Shown here: one piece after another, positions 1-11,789 of the stretch | Numbering within the stretch: position 1 is the first letter of the stretch | Layout of the letters: each line of letters opens with the position of its first letter | Assembly (NCBI GenBank): GCA_020891255.1 | Contig: BQFW01000004.1 | Span: forward strand, 992,001 to 1,056,000 | From: Entomortierella parvispora E1425 | Taxonomy: Eukaryota > Fungi > Mortierellomycota | Reading direction: 5' to 3' | Length of the DNA: 64,000 bases | Notes under the pieces: model-generated | Told to the model about the DNA's origin: nothing | The model's database searches: none | What the model saw: only the letters and a program-made list of their open reading frames with translations | Program-made: the position numbers and the translations under genes

Positions 1-814
1 ATCTTTTCTCCAGACAACTCTAGGACCTTCATGCCGCAATTGGCCCGAATCACAGCGGCTTGCTGGTAGACAAGGGGTACATTGTTGACAACAAAGAAGC
101 ATAGCTTTTTCTGCAGAGGAATAATAACAACCGCCAGGGAAACAATAAGTCTGTGAATTTTAGTGGTGTAACAAAAGGATCCATTCTTCTCACCTCCTCC
201 TTGGGCCTCTGGGCTGCTCGCTCGCGGTCAAGCATTTCCTTGATGAGCATGACTGAAACAAGAGTCTTTCCGCTTCCGGTGTCCATGACGGCGATGACAT
301 TCCCATCTCGCGCCTTTGCGAATAGCTCTTTCTGGTACTGTCTCGGCGTCATTTCAAAGCCCTCTGAAGTTTTGGGCACCACCGCGTTCTGCACAGGGGG
401 TTCAATGGGAGAAGGGCTCAGGGGTATCGTTGCCGGGGAGGCATGGGTGTTGGTAAGCATGGTGATTGGTCTGTTCGTAGGAAAGGCCGAGGGTATCTGG
501 GAGTTGTGGATGGGAATCTGTGGCAGGCTTGGGTGCACGGGACTGGTCAGCGCGGCCACGGAGGTGGCGACGCGTTGTGGAACAAGGACTGCTGAGGACA
601 GGGGCGGGATGGGATCAGTCCACAGGCAATCGTTGTTGATGTTTTTATTGCTGTTGCTGCCGAGCGAAGCCGCTGTCAAGCCGACGGGGACTGGCACAGC
701 CGCGGCTGGCGGCCGCGGGATAGACGGGGGCAGGGGCGGCGGTAAAGAGCGGGCAGCGAGGCTGTCTTCGTCCCCCCAAAGGAGCAAATCGACCGCTGAC
801 TCGCCCTTTGTCAT
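1..814 (-). CDS. DCL: Dicer-like RNase III helicase, 5' part only (continues off window start); exon 814-194, intron 193-111, exon 110-1
   Basis: PRQYQKELF...NVIAVMDTGSGKTLVSVMLIKE then, after a GT-AG intron, KKLCFFVVNNVPLVYQQAAVI: motifs Q, I and Ia typical of Dicer DExD helicases, preceded by a low-complexity N-terminus. Confidence 0.85.
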
Positions 815-1874
815 TGTGAAATGAGGAGGAGAGGAGATTGTATTGTGGGCTGGGGCGGATTCGTTGGGATGGTGCAGGAAACTGCCAGGGGGATTAGGCG
901 CTGAACATGTGAGTAAGCAGAGGGGAGGGGAATGAAGAGAGACAAACAAAAGGCAAAGGAAGGCAAAGGAGGCAAAGAAAAGGCAAAGATGGAGATAAAG
1001 GGGACGTGTGCATGCTAGTATGTGTTCACATGGATGGCATGCAAAAAAAAAAAGGGACCAGGGGACGATTTGCCACCAAAACACGCATGGGTATGCACGT
1101 GACTTGGACTTGGGACTTCGAGCGAGGGCCTTGCCGCACTTGCGCCGCGTCCCTTGGAAGGTCCGTCGCAATGTTACAAAATCCCTTTGCACGGCCCAAG
1201 GCCCGCTGGCAGTGCACCGTTGTTGTTTTTGTTGCGGCTGCACTGTTGCGCTGCACCGCATTGCTTCCGCCGTTTGTTCCTGAAAGCGAAAAACTGTGTT
1301 CTGGGCGCGGCCTCTTTTTCCTTCGCTTTCTGTGCTCAGTCCTCCTCTTCATCGTCTCGTTGTCTCTTTTGTTGAGTTGAGAGCGCGCTCCTCTTCCTCT
1401 CTTGTCCTCTCCCCTCTCTTCTCTCTTTTCTTTTCTTTCCACCCCCAGCAGTCTGCGTTTATCCCCTGCCCTGCCTTTGCGTTTCGGTCATTGTTCATCT
1501 TTCCTCTTCCTCATCTTGATTCCTCTTTCCACCTCTTTCTCATTCATCCACACTATGCTGTCTTCCTCCAGGTAGACCACAGTTTTCCTTCCTTCTCTTC
1601 TTCTTTTCTGTGTCTAGTTCTTTCCCACTAGTCCACTACTAGTGTAAACGGAACTGCTCTGCACTGCACTCAGCTCAGCACAAATCTATCGGATTCGCCT
1701 CCTTCTCTCCACGTCCTCTTAACCACAGCCAAGCTCTTGACAAACCCCCTTGACTTTGGCACTAAAAAATCGATCGACATTCCCTCCTCGTTCGCCTCGA
1801 CCTCTTCTCCTCGGACTCAACACCCACCCCTTACCCATTTACCACCACAACACAAACAAAGTTACAAATCGATC

Positions 1875-4431
1875 ATGGCCCAGAAGAGGTTTGGTGTGAC
1901 CAGCCACTTCGTGGCCTCAATTGCTCTTGCGCTCCTCGCCGTTTCCTCTGTTGTTGCCCAAACACAAACAAAGCCCTCTTCGACCGCCGTTCCTGCAAAA
2001 CCAACAAACGCCACCACCACTTCCTCGGTCGCGCCTGCTCCCTCTTCCACTGCGGCAGCCCTGCGTGGTCCCAAAGCCTTTGTGGGTTTGGCGACAGCAT
2101 CGAACAACAATACAGTGTATTTCCAGGGCGGACAGATCAATGCCAACACTGTTGTCTATTCCGGCGAATTGTTTGCTTTGGACGTGACAGCTACTTGGCC
2201 TCTCAGTAATCCTGCTTGGACCAACCTTACGATCCCTAGTAGCGGCTCTAGTGGTCCCGTAGTCGCGGGTCACTCTGGCACCCTTTCCAAGGATCAATCA
2301 ACGCTCTATGTGACCGCACCCTCCGGTGTCGCTACGAACCCATTCCTGTACGAGTACGACATACAGGCCATGACCTGGTCCACCCAAAATGCTCCGGCAG
2401 CGTAAGTTCACCTCATAAGAAAACATCTTTTTTTAAAACAAAGTGCTCTCTACTTTTTTTTCTTCTTCTTTTCATTCGTATTGTCCCTGGTCCATCTGCG
2501 ATTTTCCCCACTCTCTTGGCTGGCTGTGATCGAACAACAAATAATGACAACGGACCAGTCAGAGCAGATGGAGGTTCTGTGGAGAAATAACAAGGAACCA
2601 CCTGTACTAATTGTTTTTTTTCTTTCTTTCTCATTGTTCTCTTTCTTCCACTTCTCTTGCGCACATACCCCCTTAGTGATGCTGCGTTGTGGACCAACAG
2701 AAAAGAGGCTCAGCTTGTGACCGACCCAGCCTCGGGCTCGCTCTGGTATGTTGGAGGCAGTTATCCTGGCGGTACAGGCACCAACGAACTTGACCAGTTT
2801 TCGAGCGGCACTTGGAACGCCAATGTGACAACATCGCCCGTCCTCGGTCAGTTCAGCTCCGGTACCGCGCAATTGATCGGCACCAAAATCTATCTGTTTG
2901 GAGGACTCGGCTCTACTGGTGGTCAGCGTACTTACCAGTCTTTCCAGGCTATCCCCTATGTCGACATCTCGACAAACCCTCCCACCACTGGTGTCCAGGT
3001 AACAGTCGTTCGGCGGGAATGAAGGGGGGGATTCAACTTGGAACTATGACAACTGACTCGATCGACAACCATCTGGGATGCCAATTTTTCATCATTTTTT
3101 CCTAACTAGCTGACTATCGGAGGATTTCCCAGCGCTCGCCAGGACCACTGCAGTGTTTACAGTAAGGGAACAGTCTCGGCGTTAGAAACCACCATGCCAT
3201 TTGAAGTTTGGGAGAGCTGACATCTCTTTTTCCTCCTTTTTTTTTTGCTTTATGAATAGCCGCCAGTGAAAAAGTCTTGATCTATGGAGGCTATAACGCC
3301 AACACACAGACGACCCTGAATGATATCTGGACTTTGGACATGGTGACAATGACCTGGCAGCAGGTCGTGACCACGAACCCGACCTCTGCCCGCTACTCAC
3401 ACTCTTGCAACCTTGTCGGCGCTAATATGATTGTGCACGGTGGAATGATCGGTACTTCAAGCGGCTACATTGGAGACATTCAGGTGTACGATGTCATGCA
3501 ATCCTCATGGATGCTGAGCTATGCCCCCAAGCAGGATACGACCCCTCCATCCAAACCTCTATCTGGAGGAGGCTCCAGCAGTCAAGGATTGTCCACTGGA
3601 GCCTTGGTCGGCATCATTGTAGGAGTGGCTGTTGTCCTTGGTGCAATACTCGGTGGAATCTTTTACCGCCGGCGCCAAAAGAGGATTGAGATCCGGGAAG
3701 CACAGCTGGAAAAAGAGGCTTACCTCGCATCCCTGGGCACGGACGATCCAGACGACTCTAGCAAGCGAAAGGCACAGCAGCGCGGCAAGCACCCCTATGG
3801 CTCCATGGCATCCCCCAATTCTACGTCTACTCGCCATTTGAACGATGGTGGTTACACTGCACCCAACTCTCCTGGTGACAATCACTATGCAGTGGGTAGT
3901 CCAGGCCGCGACCAGGCAGTGGCTGGCTTGGAGGCTGGAGGACCCAACATCCAATACTTGATGCAGCAATTGCCCGATGGTACGATCGCAGTTCAACCCG
4001 TGTATCTGGACCATCAGGCCATGCAGTCTCCAGGAACATACTACGGGGAGGCCACCTACCCAGCGTCTGCATCAGCTAGTCCCCGAGTGAACGCTCAAGG
4101 CGAAGGACAGGCCTATTTTGCACCACCCCCTCCTACTCATAACACATCGGCAGCCATGAATGCTTACGGTCAACCCATCCAAAGCTCTCCCAACTCTCCC
4201 ATAGCCCAGTCCTTTATGACTGGAGGAGCCACACCTGCTCTTGGCCATGGGTATGTGATGCCACCCACCGTCCCCGCAACTCCGATCGTTTCTCCTCAAG
4301 GTCAATGGCAAATCCCCATGCCACCCTCTTCTACCCACGACCCCTACGCCTCCCAGTCGAGTGGCCCTTCAGGCTCCCCTCTTCCCCCTTCCGCCTCACC
4401 TAGGCCCCCAAGATCCCCAAGAAATCAATAA
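1875..4431 (+). CDS. Secreted-signal, kelch-repeat, single-pass membrane protein (multi-exon)
   Basis: Signal peptide (IALALLAVSSVVA), S/T/P stalk, kelch-like blades (VYFQGG, LWYVGG, IYLFGG, LIYGG...LNDIWTLD..W, MIVHGG), TM helix GALVGIIVGVAVVLGAILGGIFY followed by RRRQK, P/S-rich tail. Assembled from ORFs 1737-2405, 2657-3022, 3277-4431. Confidence 0.75.
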
Positions 4432-5410
4432 TATCTCTCCCCCCCTCGAGTCCATTCACCCTTCATCATTGCCCCTTAAAACAAAAGCAGGAATAAAAAA
4501 TAAAATAAAAACTAAAAAAAAAGGGCGCACTATGGAACATTTATGATTTATCAAAAACACCATATGGGTCGACTATTGTTCACGTCTTCCGAACCCCTTC
4601 GGTAACCCTTTCACTCCCGATGGTCACTTGAAGGAATTCCACCCAGTTTTAGGCTCAGTTATCTCTCCTGTTATATTTTTTTGTCTCGGCTTTGATGTCT
4701 CGCACCATAAAAGTTTGGGTGGAAGTAGAGACGGACCATTGTGACAACCAAAGTGAGAGCCACAGCAAGAAAAAGAGAGAGAAAGAGGGGGGAGAGGATG
4801 ACAGGAAAGTGAGAAAGGTCGAAAGAAATGCAAAGCCTCTCCAAGACTCGAGAAAACAACCAGGTTTTGCTACACTTGTTTCGACTTTTGGAGATATGAC
4901 CGATCACAGAGCATTCTCTAGATCCCTAGATCGTCTTTATTCAGGAAATGGAAGGTAAAGAAGGTAGTGAGGAAGGAGGAAGAAGATGGGGAAGATGAGT
5001 ACGGTAATGTATGCAAGTGTCGAGCCTGTCCTGGAATAGTAAACAGGAACTAAGGTATATACGAAGAATGTGATCAAAGACGGGAAGACCATTCAGCAAG
5101 TGGATCGATAACGAAAGAAACAGGGGAGGGGGAAGAGAGAGAGAGGGGGGAGAAGGCGAAGGGGACAGATGGGATATGAGAGCTAAAGAGGCGAGGGGGA
5201 GGAGAAAATTCTGTTCATTCTTTCGTTCACTGAATGGAAAAAAAAAAGTATGCTGCAGTGGCTGGTTCGGGGTTGCTGTCAAGTAAAATTAATAGCAGAA
5301 AACAAAGTGGAAAGTAGGATAACGTACAAGAGAAGGGAACCGAGCTTTGTAGCCCATCTTCTCTCCTGGACTTCAAAAAGCGACCTACATCTGCAAAGTA
5401 TATAGAGATT

Positions 5411-5428
5411 AGACACCTTGCGAGTCAG
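5411..5428 (+). repeat. Harbinger left TIR
   Basis: Reverse complement of 7892-7909 with one mismatch; weaker similarity continues about 40 bp inward. Confidence 0.75.
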
Positions 5429-5673
5429 TCAGATGTCGATGTAGATTGCATTTGTAGAGTTTAAAAAAAATCTTATTCTTAAAAAATGAACCTTAGTACC
5501 CTACATCGACTTCTGAACAAGTTTTTGTTGGTGTAGAGCGATCCTACATTTATTTAATAAAAATGTAGAAACCAATCGGTGTAGACTGTGGCGCGAGGCG
5601 GCGAGAGACAAATAAAATCTGAGACATAAAAGCGCAACAAAAAAAACAGCTAACTCACCGTTCTCCCTCATCA

Positions 5674-6499
5674 ATGACAACTCCTGCCACCACCTTACCT
5701 CCTGCATCCACTGCTGCCCATGATGGCTCTACAGTTGTCTCAACCGCGGTCGGTCCCGCTGTTTATGTCTCCCCTTCTCGTCCAGATCCAATTATCAGCA
5801 TGACCGACTCGACCACTCCTTTGATCACGGTAGCATCCTCCAAAGCACCTCGTAAAGTACAGTGCCGCGGCCTTACCTCCAACAACAAGAACATCATGGC
5901 CAACACTATGACGGTCCTCAATGCGATGATCCAGATTCCACCGTTTGTTCCTTATGGTCGAAAGCGTGTGGCATGGGAGAAAAGTAGCACAGTTGTGTCA
6001 AGCAAGAAATAAGGAACTGGCAGCCGTTACCGGCGCTTTGTGTGAAGCCCGTTATATACTAGTCCGAGACGAATACCGGCTCGCTCAAGCCACCGCTATC
6101 CGTCGCACAGGGGAGGACGAGGAACCCCCTACAGAGCAAGATAATGCTCTAGAGGAACTCATTGGCATGGAGGAGGGCTTCGAGAACCAGCAACGTGACG
6201 AGCAAGCAAGAGTGATCAACATTCAAGCGGAAGAGAACCTCTTCAGGGCAGCTGCGGAGGATAAACGCGAATCGGCAGTTGTAAGAGTTCTCACAGCAGC
6301 AGATACCACAGAGATTAATAACAATCTCGCCTCTGTTTCCGAGCCAAGTACCCCAGTTTGTCAGCAGTCAGCAAACACTACTCCACCCAGACAAAAGAGA
6401 AAAAGGAGAAGACAAGAACAGGATGACCTACTTGATATCGTGAAGTCAACCTCTGTCCTTTTCAAAGCGGTTGCAGAGAAATACTTGCGCAAAAAATAG
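5674..6499 (+). pseudogene. Harbinger ORF2, Myb/SANT-like DNA-binding protein, with a +1 frameshift at the A4 run 5980-5983 (about 274 aa if corrected)
   Basis: Frame 1 gives ...VLNAMIQIPPFVPYGRKRVAWEK, frame 2 continues VAQLCQARNKELAAVTGALCEARYILVRDEY...TGEDEEPPTEQDNALEEL. Joined, this reads like the fungal Harbinger accessory trihelix plus coiled coil; basic QKRKRRR near the C-terminus. Confidence 0.7.
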
Positions 6500-6519
6500 G
6501 CAGTTATGTTTATTAAAAG

Positions 6520-7713
6520 CTAGTCGTGGAGGTATTCTTCAAGAGTAGGAGGAGATAGTCCGAACTTGCCTACTGATGCATTCTTTTGAGTGATGCATGA
6601 ATGTAAATTGGCAAATAATACAGATATGGTGTACTGAACATGAAGAGCTGAAAGTAAACTGCGTTGAGTTTTCTTGAGTTCAGTGAAGGAGAAGTATTGG
6701 AGAGTGTGGCCAAAACTCCATTCAACCGCAATTCTGACTTCTGCCATCGCTTTGTTGAAAGCCCTTTGCCCAGCCGTCAGCTCGTTGTCTCTTCCTGGAA
6801 AGGCGACTTGCAAGACAGGTGATAGCTCATATCCTTGATCACCAAAAATGCACATGTTGTTTCCAGCAACATCTTTCACTCTTTCTAACAGAGTATCTTG
6901 TAGCCGTGATATCCTGTACATTGCTGTGTCATGTTGTTTTCCATGGTACGGCCCTGAGAGATGAACAACGATGCCATCTGGGGTTGTCACTGCTTGAAAC
7001 TTCATGGCATGAACCCTGTGATGACCATTGTACTCTTGTCTTTGATTTTCCATTGGTCTAGCAATGGGCCGTACTGTACCATCAATAAATCCTACTACGT
7101 CTTGAAGTGGTGATCCTGCTTCGCGAATGACAGCAGCGAACTGCTCAAGCTTGGCAGGTGTGAGTCGTGCATGGTCCCAAGTGAAGAGTTGCCGCGCCCA
7201 ACGATTGTAGATCCATGTAATAGTTTTGTTGAAGATACGACTGAGCATGCCTTCTGATCGTCCAAACATGGGCATGAGGTCAACCAGTCGACAAGGGAAA
7301 GCAAGGCGGCGGAGAACAATGCATACTCCTTCGAGGGAAGAGAACTTTGATCCATTATCCAACACCAACACGTTTGGTACACGAAGTGCTTCAACGATAT
7401 CGAGGATCTCATCCGTCCTGAAGCGAAAGAGGCGCTCGCTTGTAATGTTGTCGTACTGGTTGAGGTTGAAAATAGCGAAGGGTACTGGTGGGTTCCTATT
7501 TCTTCTTTGGAGGATTCGGGCAGCATGTTGAATGAAATCGTTGGCCATCCCCATTAAAAAGACTATTTCTTCATCGCTGTCTGACTGGCGGTCAAGATTG
7601 TTGGCGTCCTCATTTTCGTTGTCAATATCTTCATCGTCGTCTTCTTCGTTGTCTTCTTCATCGTTGTCTTCGTCATAAGGAAAGATACGCGGTATTTGTT
7701 CTTGGTCGTCCAT
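6520..7713 (-). CDS. Harbinger/HARBI1-type DDE transposase (DDE_Tnp_4 family), 397 aa, uninterrupted
   Basis: LFRFRTDEILDIVEAL, RRLAFPCRLVDLMPMFGRS (HTH), GFIDGT, YNGHHRVHAMKFQAVTTPDG, GPYHGKQHD, FGDQGY, RIAVEWSFG catalytic motifs. Confidence 0.95.
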   Translation of the reverse strand: MDDQEQIPRIFPYDEDNDEEDNEEDDDEDIDNENEDANNLDRQSDSDEEIVFLMGMANDFIQHAARILQRRNRNPPVPFAIFNLNQYDNITSERLFRFRTDEILDIVEALRVPNVLVLDNGSKFSSLEGVCIVLRRLAFPCRLVDLMPMFGRSEGMLSRIFNKTITWIYNRWARQLFTWDHARLTPAKLEQFAAVIREAGSPLQDVVGFIDGTVRPIARPMENQRQEYNGHHRVHAMKFQAVTTPDGIVVHLSGPYHGKQHDTAMYRISRLQDTLLERVKDVAGNNMCIFGDQGYELSPVLQVAFPGRDNELTAGQRAFNKAMAEVRIAVEWSFGHTLQYFSFTELKKTQRSLLSALHVQYTISVLFANLHSCITQKNASVGKFGLSPPTLEEYLHD

Positions 7714-7891
7714 GTCATGAGATGTGTTGATGCTTCATGTCATTCATCCCAAAAAAAAAAAAAAAAAAAAAGGAGGCAAAAAATCACAGTCACATTCAGA
7801 TACGTACGTATTTTGAAAGCGTACGTGAATTCTACATTTATTAAGGTTTTCACAACCTCTACATTTGCAAACTCTGTCTACATCGGCTCCT

Positions 7892-7909
7892 CTGACTCGC
7901 AAGTTGTCT
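7892..7909 (-). repeat. Harbinger right TIR
   Basis: Inverted copy of 5411-5428, followed by ATT. Confidence 0.75.
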
Positions 7910-9798
7910 ATTCCGAGGTAACAACTGCAGTTTTCCTTGCTAGAGAACGTGAAATGGCAAGTTCAGCTCCATCCATCATGCTTTAAACCGCATTGAGCAG
8001 AGACGCAGACAAAATGGGCGGCAGTTTGTCGTCTGTGTGCACCCCGAAAAATGATAACGCTGCAGCCGAAAGAATACAATCCAATCCATCTATGAATCAA
8101 TAGCAACAACTACGTGTGCGACCAGAGCAGGCACAGGCACTGCCCATGAAAAACACTTGCGGGCGAGGGAAGTTATATTCAAAAAAAAAAGGGTTTGCCA
8201 AGCGTTCTGTTCATTGCTGGTTAGAATGGCGAGATCCCATGAAAAAAAATACTACATTGACACAGGGACGAGGAGAGGGCAAATGGTCGGGAATGTCACT
8301 GTTGAATATTGATAGCAAATCTGATGCGGACCAAAATAAAAATAGGGCGAAGATAGATAGCGTCGGACGTGCCTGCTGAAGGGCGAAGGACCATTCCGCG
8401 TTGGAACAGAATGAAAAGGTTACTGAGGGCTGAGAATTGGCATCCCTCGCCTCATTCTGAAAACTACGTAGACCCTTTGTGATTGTTTGGAGTAAAAAAA
8501 TGCTACAGCCGCGATTTAATTTTTTGCCCGATTCAACCGTGAAAAAAAAGAGAGAATAAAGAACAAAAGAAAAGTAACGCGCGCTTTGTGTTCTACATAG
8601 ATGTGTACGCGTAGATAGGTTCAACGGTGAAGAAAAAAAGTGACTGGTGCGTGTGTGTGAGCATGTATGAGCAACAACAACCGATGAGTGAAGTGAGTGT
8701 GTGAAAATAGCGAATGGGGATTGAAAAACGATGCACCAATGCAATTCGTCTATCCCACCATCTTAATCCTGGGGTTTGATGTTGCCGTTTGGTGGGAAAT
8801 TCGCCCTCTGTTTCAACGCGCTCTCATTGCGGCCTGAACTAACTGCAGCATGAAGAGTGGTCTCCAGAGCAATTCCTTGGAAGCTTTGGAGTAGGCTGTA
8901 GGGTAAACCCCGGAAACCTTTGACAGCAAGTCGATCAGGACGAGTCGGAGCTTCGTAATGTCCCTTCAGCTCTCCTTCTGAACAGAGTGCCTTACCAGAA
9001 GGAACCCTTTTCTTCATCTTTCAATGCGCTCTGCGCTCAAAAGTCTCGTTCATTCTGGTATCGCCAACGGGGTAAAAAAAGAAAGATTTCTTTTAAGACC
9101 AAAATCGAAGACCGACCGTTTGGTGTAACATTCGTTACCGATGGTCCAGAAATATAAACGCTATGGACTAGACGCGACTTTAGACCATGGCTGCGCCGGG
9201 GTTCCTTCATGGTTACTCGTTCTTGCCTTCTATCTAGCAGATATCTAGTTCCCAGAAAACACTTGGTGCAGCAACAGTGGCAAGAAGACAATATAACAAG
9301 TGGGAACAGACGTGCTTTTTTGCCCATGTTTCCATTCCCAGGTTATTTTTAGTTGAGCAACAAGCAAGTGGGAAATGAGAAATGGGGAGAAGAGGGCACG
9401 ACATCAACATTTGTGTATAAAGTTGCCTTGGATGTTTTGAGCAAAGGATGATCCAGTTGCGTACCCCGGCCTTCCAGCTTGGAATGGGGGCAAGGTGGGG
9501 TGAGATTAAGAGCCGGGACAAACAAACAACCATCCACACCACCGAAAGAGATCAAAAATGAGAGCAATCGGAGGGCAAGTGACCATGAACTTCGCCCTAG
9601 ATTGGTCCACAACGCTCTTATTGACAGTCTCCAGTGGGCTAGTGAGCACCTTTCTGTTCCTTCTAGGCTTTTAACTCGTTCGAATCTACCGGCAGGTATT
9701 GCGAATTCTGCCTTTTCTTCGCCCGCGTCCTTGTATGAGCATCACAACGGAAAGAGGAAAAACAAGAAAAAAAGACATCCTCTGTTCCTGCCAGGAAC

Positions 9799-9804
9799 TA
9801 TAAA
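9799..9804 (+). promoter_or_regulatory. Putative TATA box of first small secreted-protein gene
   Basis: TATAAA about 110 bp upstream of ATG 9911, followed by a pyrimidine-rich leader; the paralog has a TATA at a similar distance. Confidence 0.5.
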
Positions 9805-9910
9805 GACTTCTCGTTCCTCCCGTTCGTTTCTCTTTTTTTCTTCTCTTCATCCAACACATCACCTCACTTTCCAACCAACCCTTCCCCACCAACTCCACTC
9901 ACTTTTCACC

Positions 9911-10243
9911 ATGAAGTTCGCCACCATCATCGCCACCCTCGCCTTCGCTGCCACCGTCATGGCCGCTGAGTCTGCCCCCGCCTCTGGCTCTGCCACTGCT
10001 CCCGCTGCCACTGCCCCCGCCTCTGGCTCTGCCACTGCTCCCGCTGCCACTGGCCCTGCCACCGGCTCTGTCCCCGCTGCCACTGGCTCCGCCACCGGCC
10101 CCGCTGCCACCGGCCCCGCCGCCACCGGCTCCTCCACCGCCTCGACTGCTCCTCCCCAGAAGACCAACGGCGCTGCCCAGACCGCTGCCAACACTGTCGT
10201 TGCCTTCGCCGGTCTCGGTCTTGCCGTTGCCCTCGGAATCTAA
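9911..10243 (+). CDS. Small secreted Ala/Thr/Pro/Gly/Ser-rich, probably GPI-anchored cell-surface protein (copy 1, 110 aa)
   Basis: Signal peptide MKFATIIATLAFAATVMA, PAATG-type repeats, C-terminal omega-like NGA plus hydrophobic tail VVAFAGLGLAVALGI; strongly C/T-ending codon usage; no intron. Confidence 0.85.
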   Translation: MKFATIIATLAFAATVMAAESAPASGSATAPAATAPASGSATAPAATGPATGSVPAATGSATGPAATGPAATGSSTASTAPPQKTNGAAQTAANTVVAFAGLGLAVALGI

Positions 10244-11680
10244 GCCGTCCAAGAATTTAGGGATCTCAATGAATTAGCCTGTTGTCTCCTTCCGAACCTG
10301 CCTCCCCTTTAAGCTCTTTGATAGAGAAAAGGGGCATTCAGGAAAGGATACTAATGATGGCAAGCCGATCTAGTAGACTATTTCAGTACCCTTTATACAA
10401 CTCCAACTCTTAATACCATACCATACTATTCTCCCTTTGCTTATAAAGAGTAATCTTTAACACAGGCTTGTCCACGAAGCGTGTGAACTCCTTCAGCTTT
10501 TCCTGCTGTTGGGTCGTAGGCTCATTTAAAAAAATATATATTTTTTGTCTGAAGGAAACTGTGGTGTCATGTCGTGTGTCTCTCGCGTTTGTTCTCGTGT
10601 GAGCAAGGCCAATTTTGTTCGATTTTGGCGGTACGCATTCGTTTTTGGGTTGTTCCACAATCTCGACAAGGTGGGTGTGTGAGCTTGTGTTTCTTTTTAA
10701 GCGAATGGGTGCTTCGAGCTTCGTTATTTGTTCATTGGTCTTGGACCGGGGCACCTTCCTCCCCGCCTTCTCATGGTGTGATTTCTTCCCCATGGTCATT
10801 GGACGCTACCAATGTGTCTTGGTCGTTTTATCCCCGGTAATGATATTGTCATACCATCGTGAAAGGCAGACATTGTCAATATGAGGTCCCGGCCATTTTT
10901 TTTTGAAAGACCGAGAATTGGCCACCTGGATCTGTGACGTCTTTTCCCGTGCGTTGTCCCTGGCATGCAATGCCTTTGCACGTAGTTGAGGCCAAGGGCT
11001 GAAAAAGCACAGAGCAGGCTCGGCGATGTTATCAGTCCTCAGCTGCCTGACAAGCCCTGCGTCAAAAGTCGACGCCCTCTGGCTGGCTGTATTTCTTTGA
11101 CCAACCTTTCCAGTTGATAAGACCCTACGGTTTAGTGCAGCAGGTGCAAGGTGTAAAGCGCAAAGGACGAAGGCGTGGGTTGCAGCTTTTGACGTCTCAT
11201 TTCTCTATTGTTTCCTCCCGTTCGCCCTCGGATATCCTTGCGCCCCGATGCAGGCCCTCCACTGCTCACTCTCAGTTGCCCTTTTTCGCCCTTTTTTTTA
11301 AATTGTTTTCTTCTGTGCACCACATGCCTTCTGTCCCACTTCCAAGGACCCCGCGCCCTCATTTAGGATGCCAACAGCCCAAATCCCTTCCTTTTGGTCC
11401 ACCTCCCGAAAAGAATCTATTTTTCGATAGACTACCATCGCACCCAAAAAGCCGCACTTCACTGACTGTCATTACTGTCATTTGTTTAGGGATCGGACAG
11501 TCATTGTGCGTGCCATTTTTTTCATTCCATTCACGCCTCCAAAACTTGTACCACGCACCCACAGACGAGACCAATTAGGCACTCTTGTGCTTCTCCGACT
11601 CCAAAACGCGTCCTTCACATCACCGCTATCACGCATCCTGCCATGCATCTTGGCGTTGCATCGCCCTTCCTTCCGCCAGC

Positions 11681-11688
11681 TATATAAA
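11681..11688 (+). promoter_or_regulatory. Putative TATA box of second small secreted-protein gene
   Basis: TATATAAA about 105 bp upstream of ATG 11790. Confidence 0.55.
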
Positions 11689-11789
11689 CGCTCGCCTCAA
11701 CTGCCTTCTCCCTTCCTTCTTCTTCTTTATCCCATTACTCACTCTTTCCCCAAAACACACCCTCCCCCCAACACTCTACATAACCCACC

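Larger units (their letters stand above)
5411..7909. mobile_element. PIF/Harbinger DNA transposon (about 2.5 kb, two convergent ORFs)
   Basis: 18-bp TIRs AGACACCTTGCGAGTCAG (5411-5428) and CTGACTCGCAAGTTGTCT (7892-7909), 17/18 matching; ATT on both outer flanks (5408-5410, 7910-7912); encloses a DDE_Tnp_4 transposase and a Myb/SANT-like ORF. Confidence 0.85.

Noticed and set aside
814-1261. Upstream 150 codons of the 403-aa Dicer ORF
   Set aside because: F/L/C-rich translation of a pyrimidine-rich leader; protein-like sequence starts at the ATG at 814.
4589-4602. CCGAA-CCCC-TTCGG mini-hairpin after the kelch gene
   Set aside because: A 5-bp stem is expected by chance; no supporting context.
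4941-5282. 113-aa minus-strand ORF next to the Harbinger
   Set aside because: Low-complexity translation of a GA-rich tract; no recognisable motif or downstream exon.
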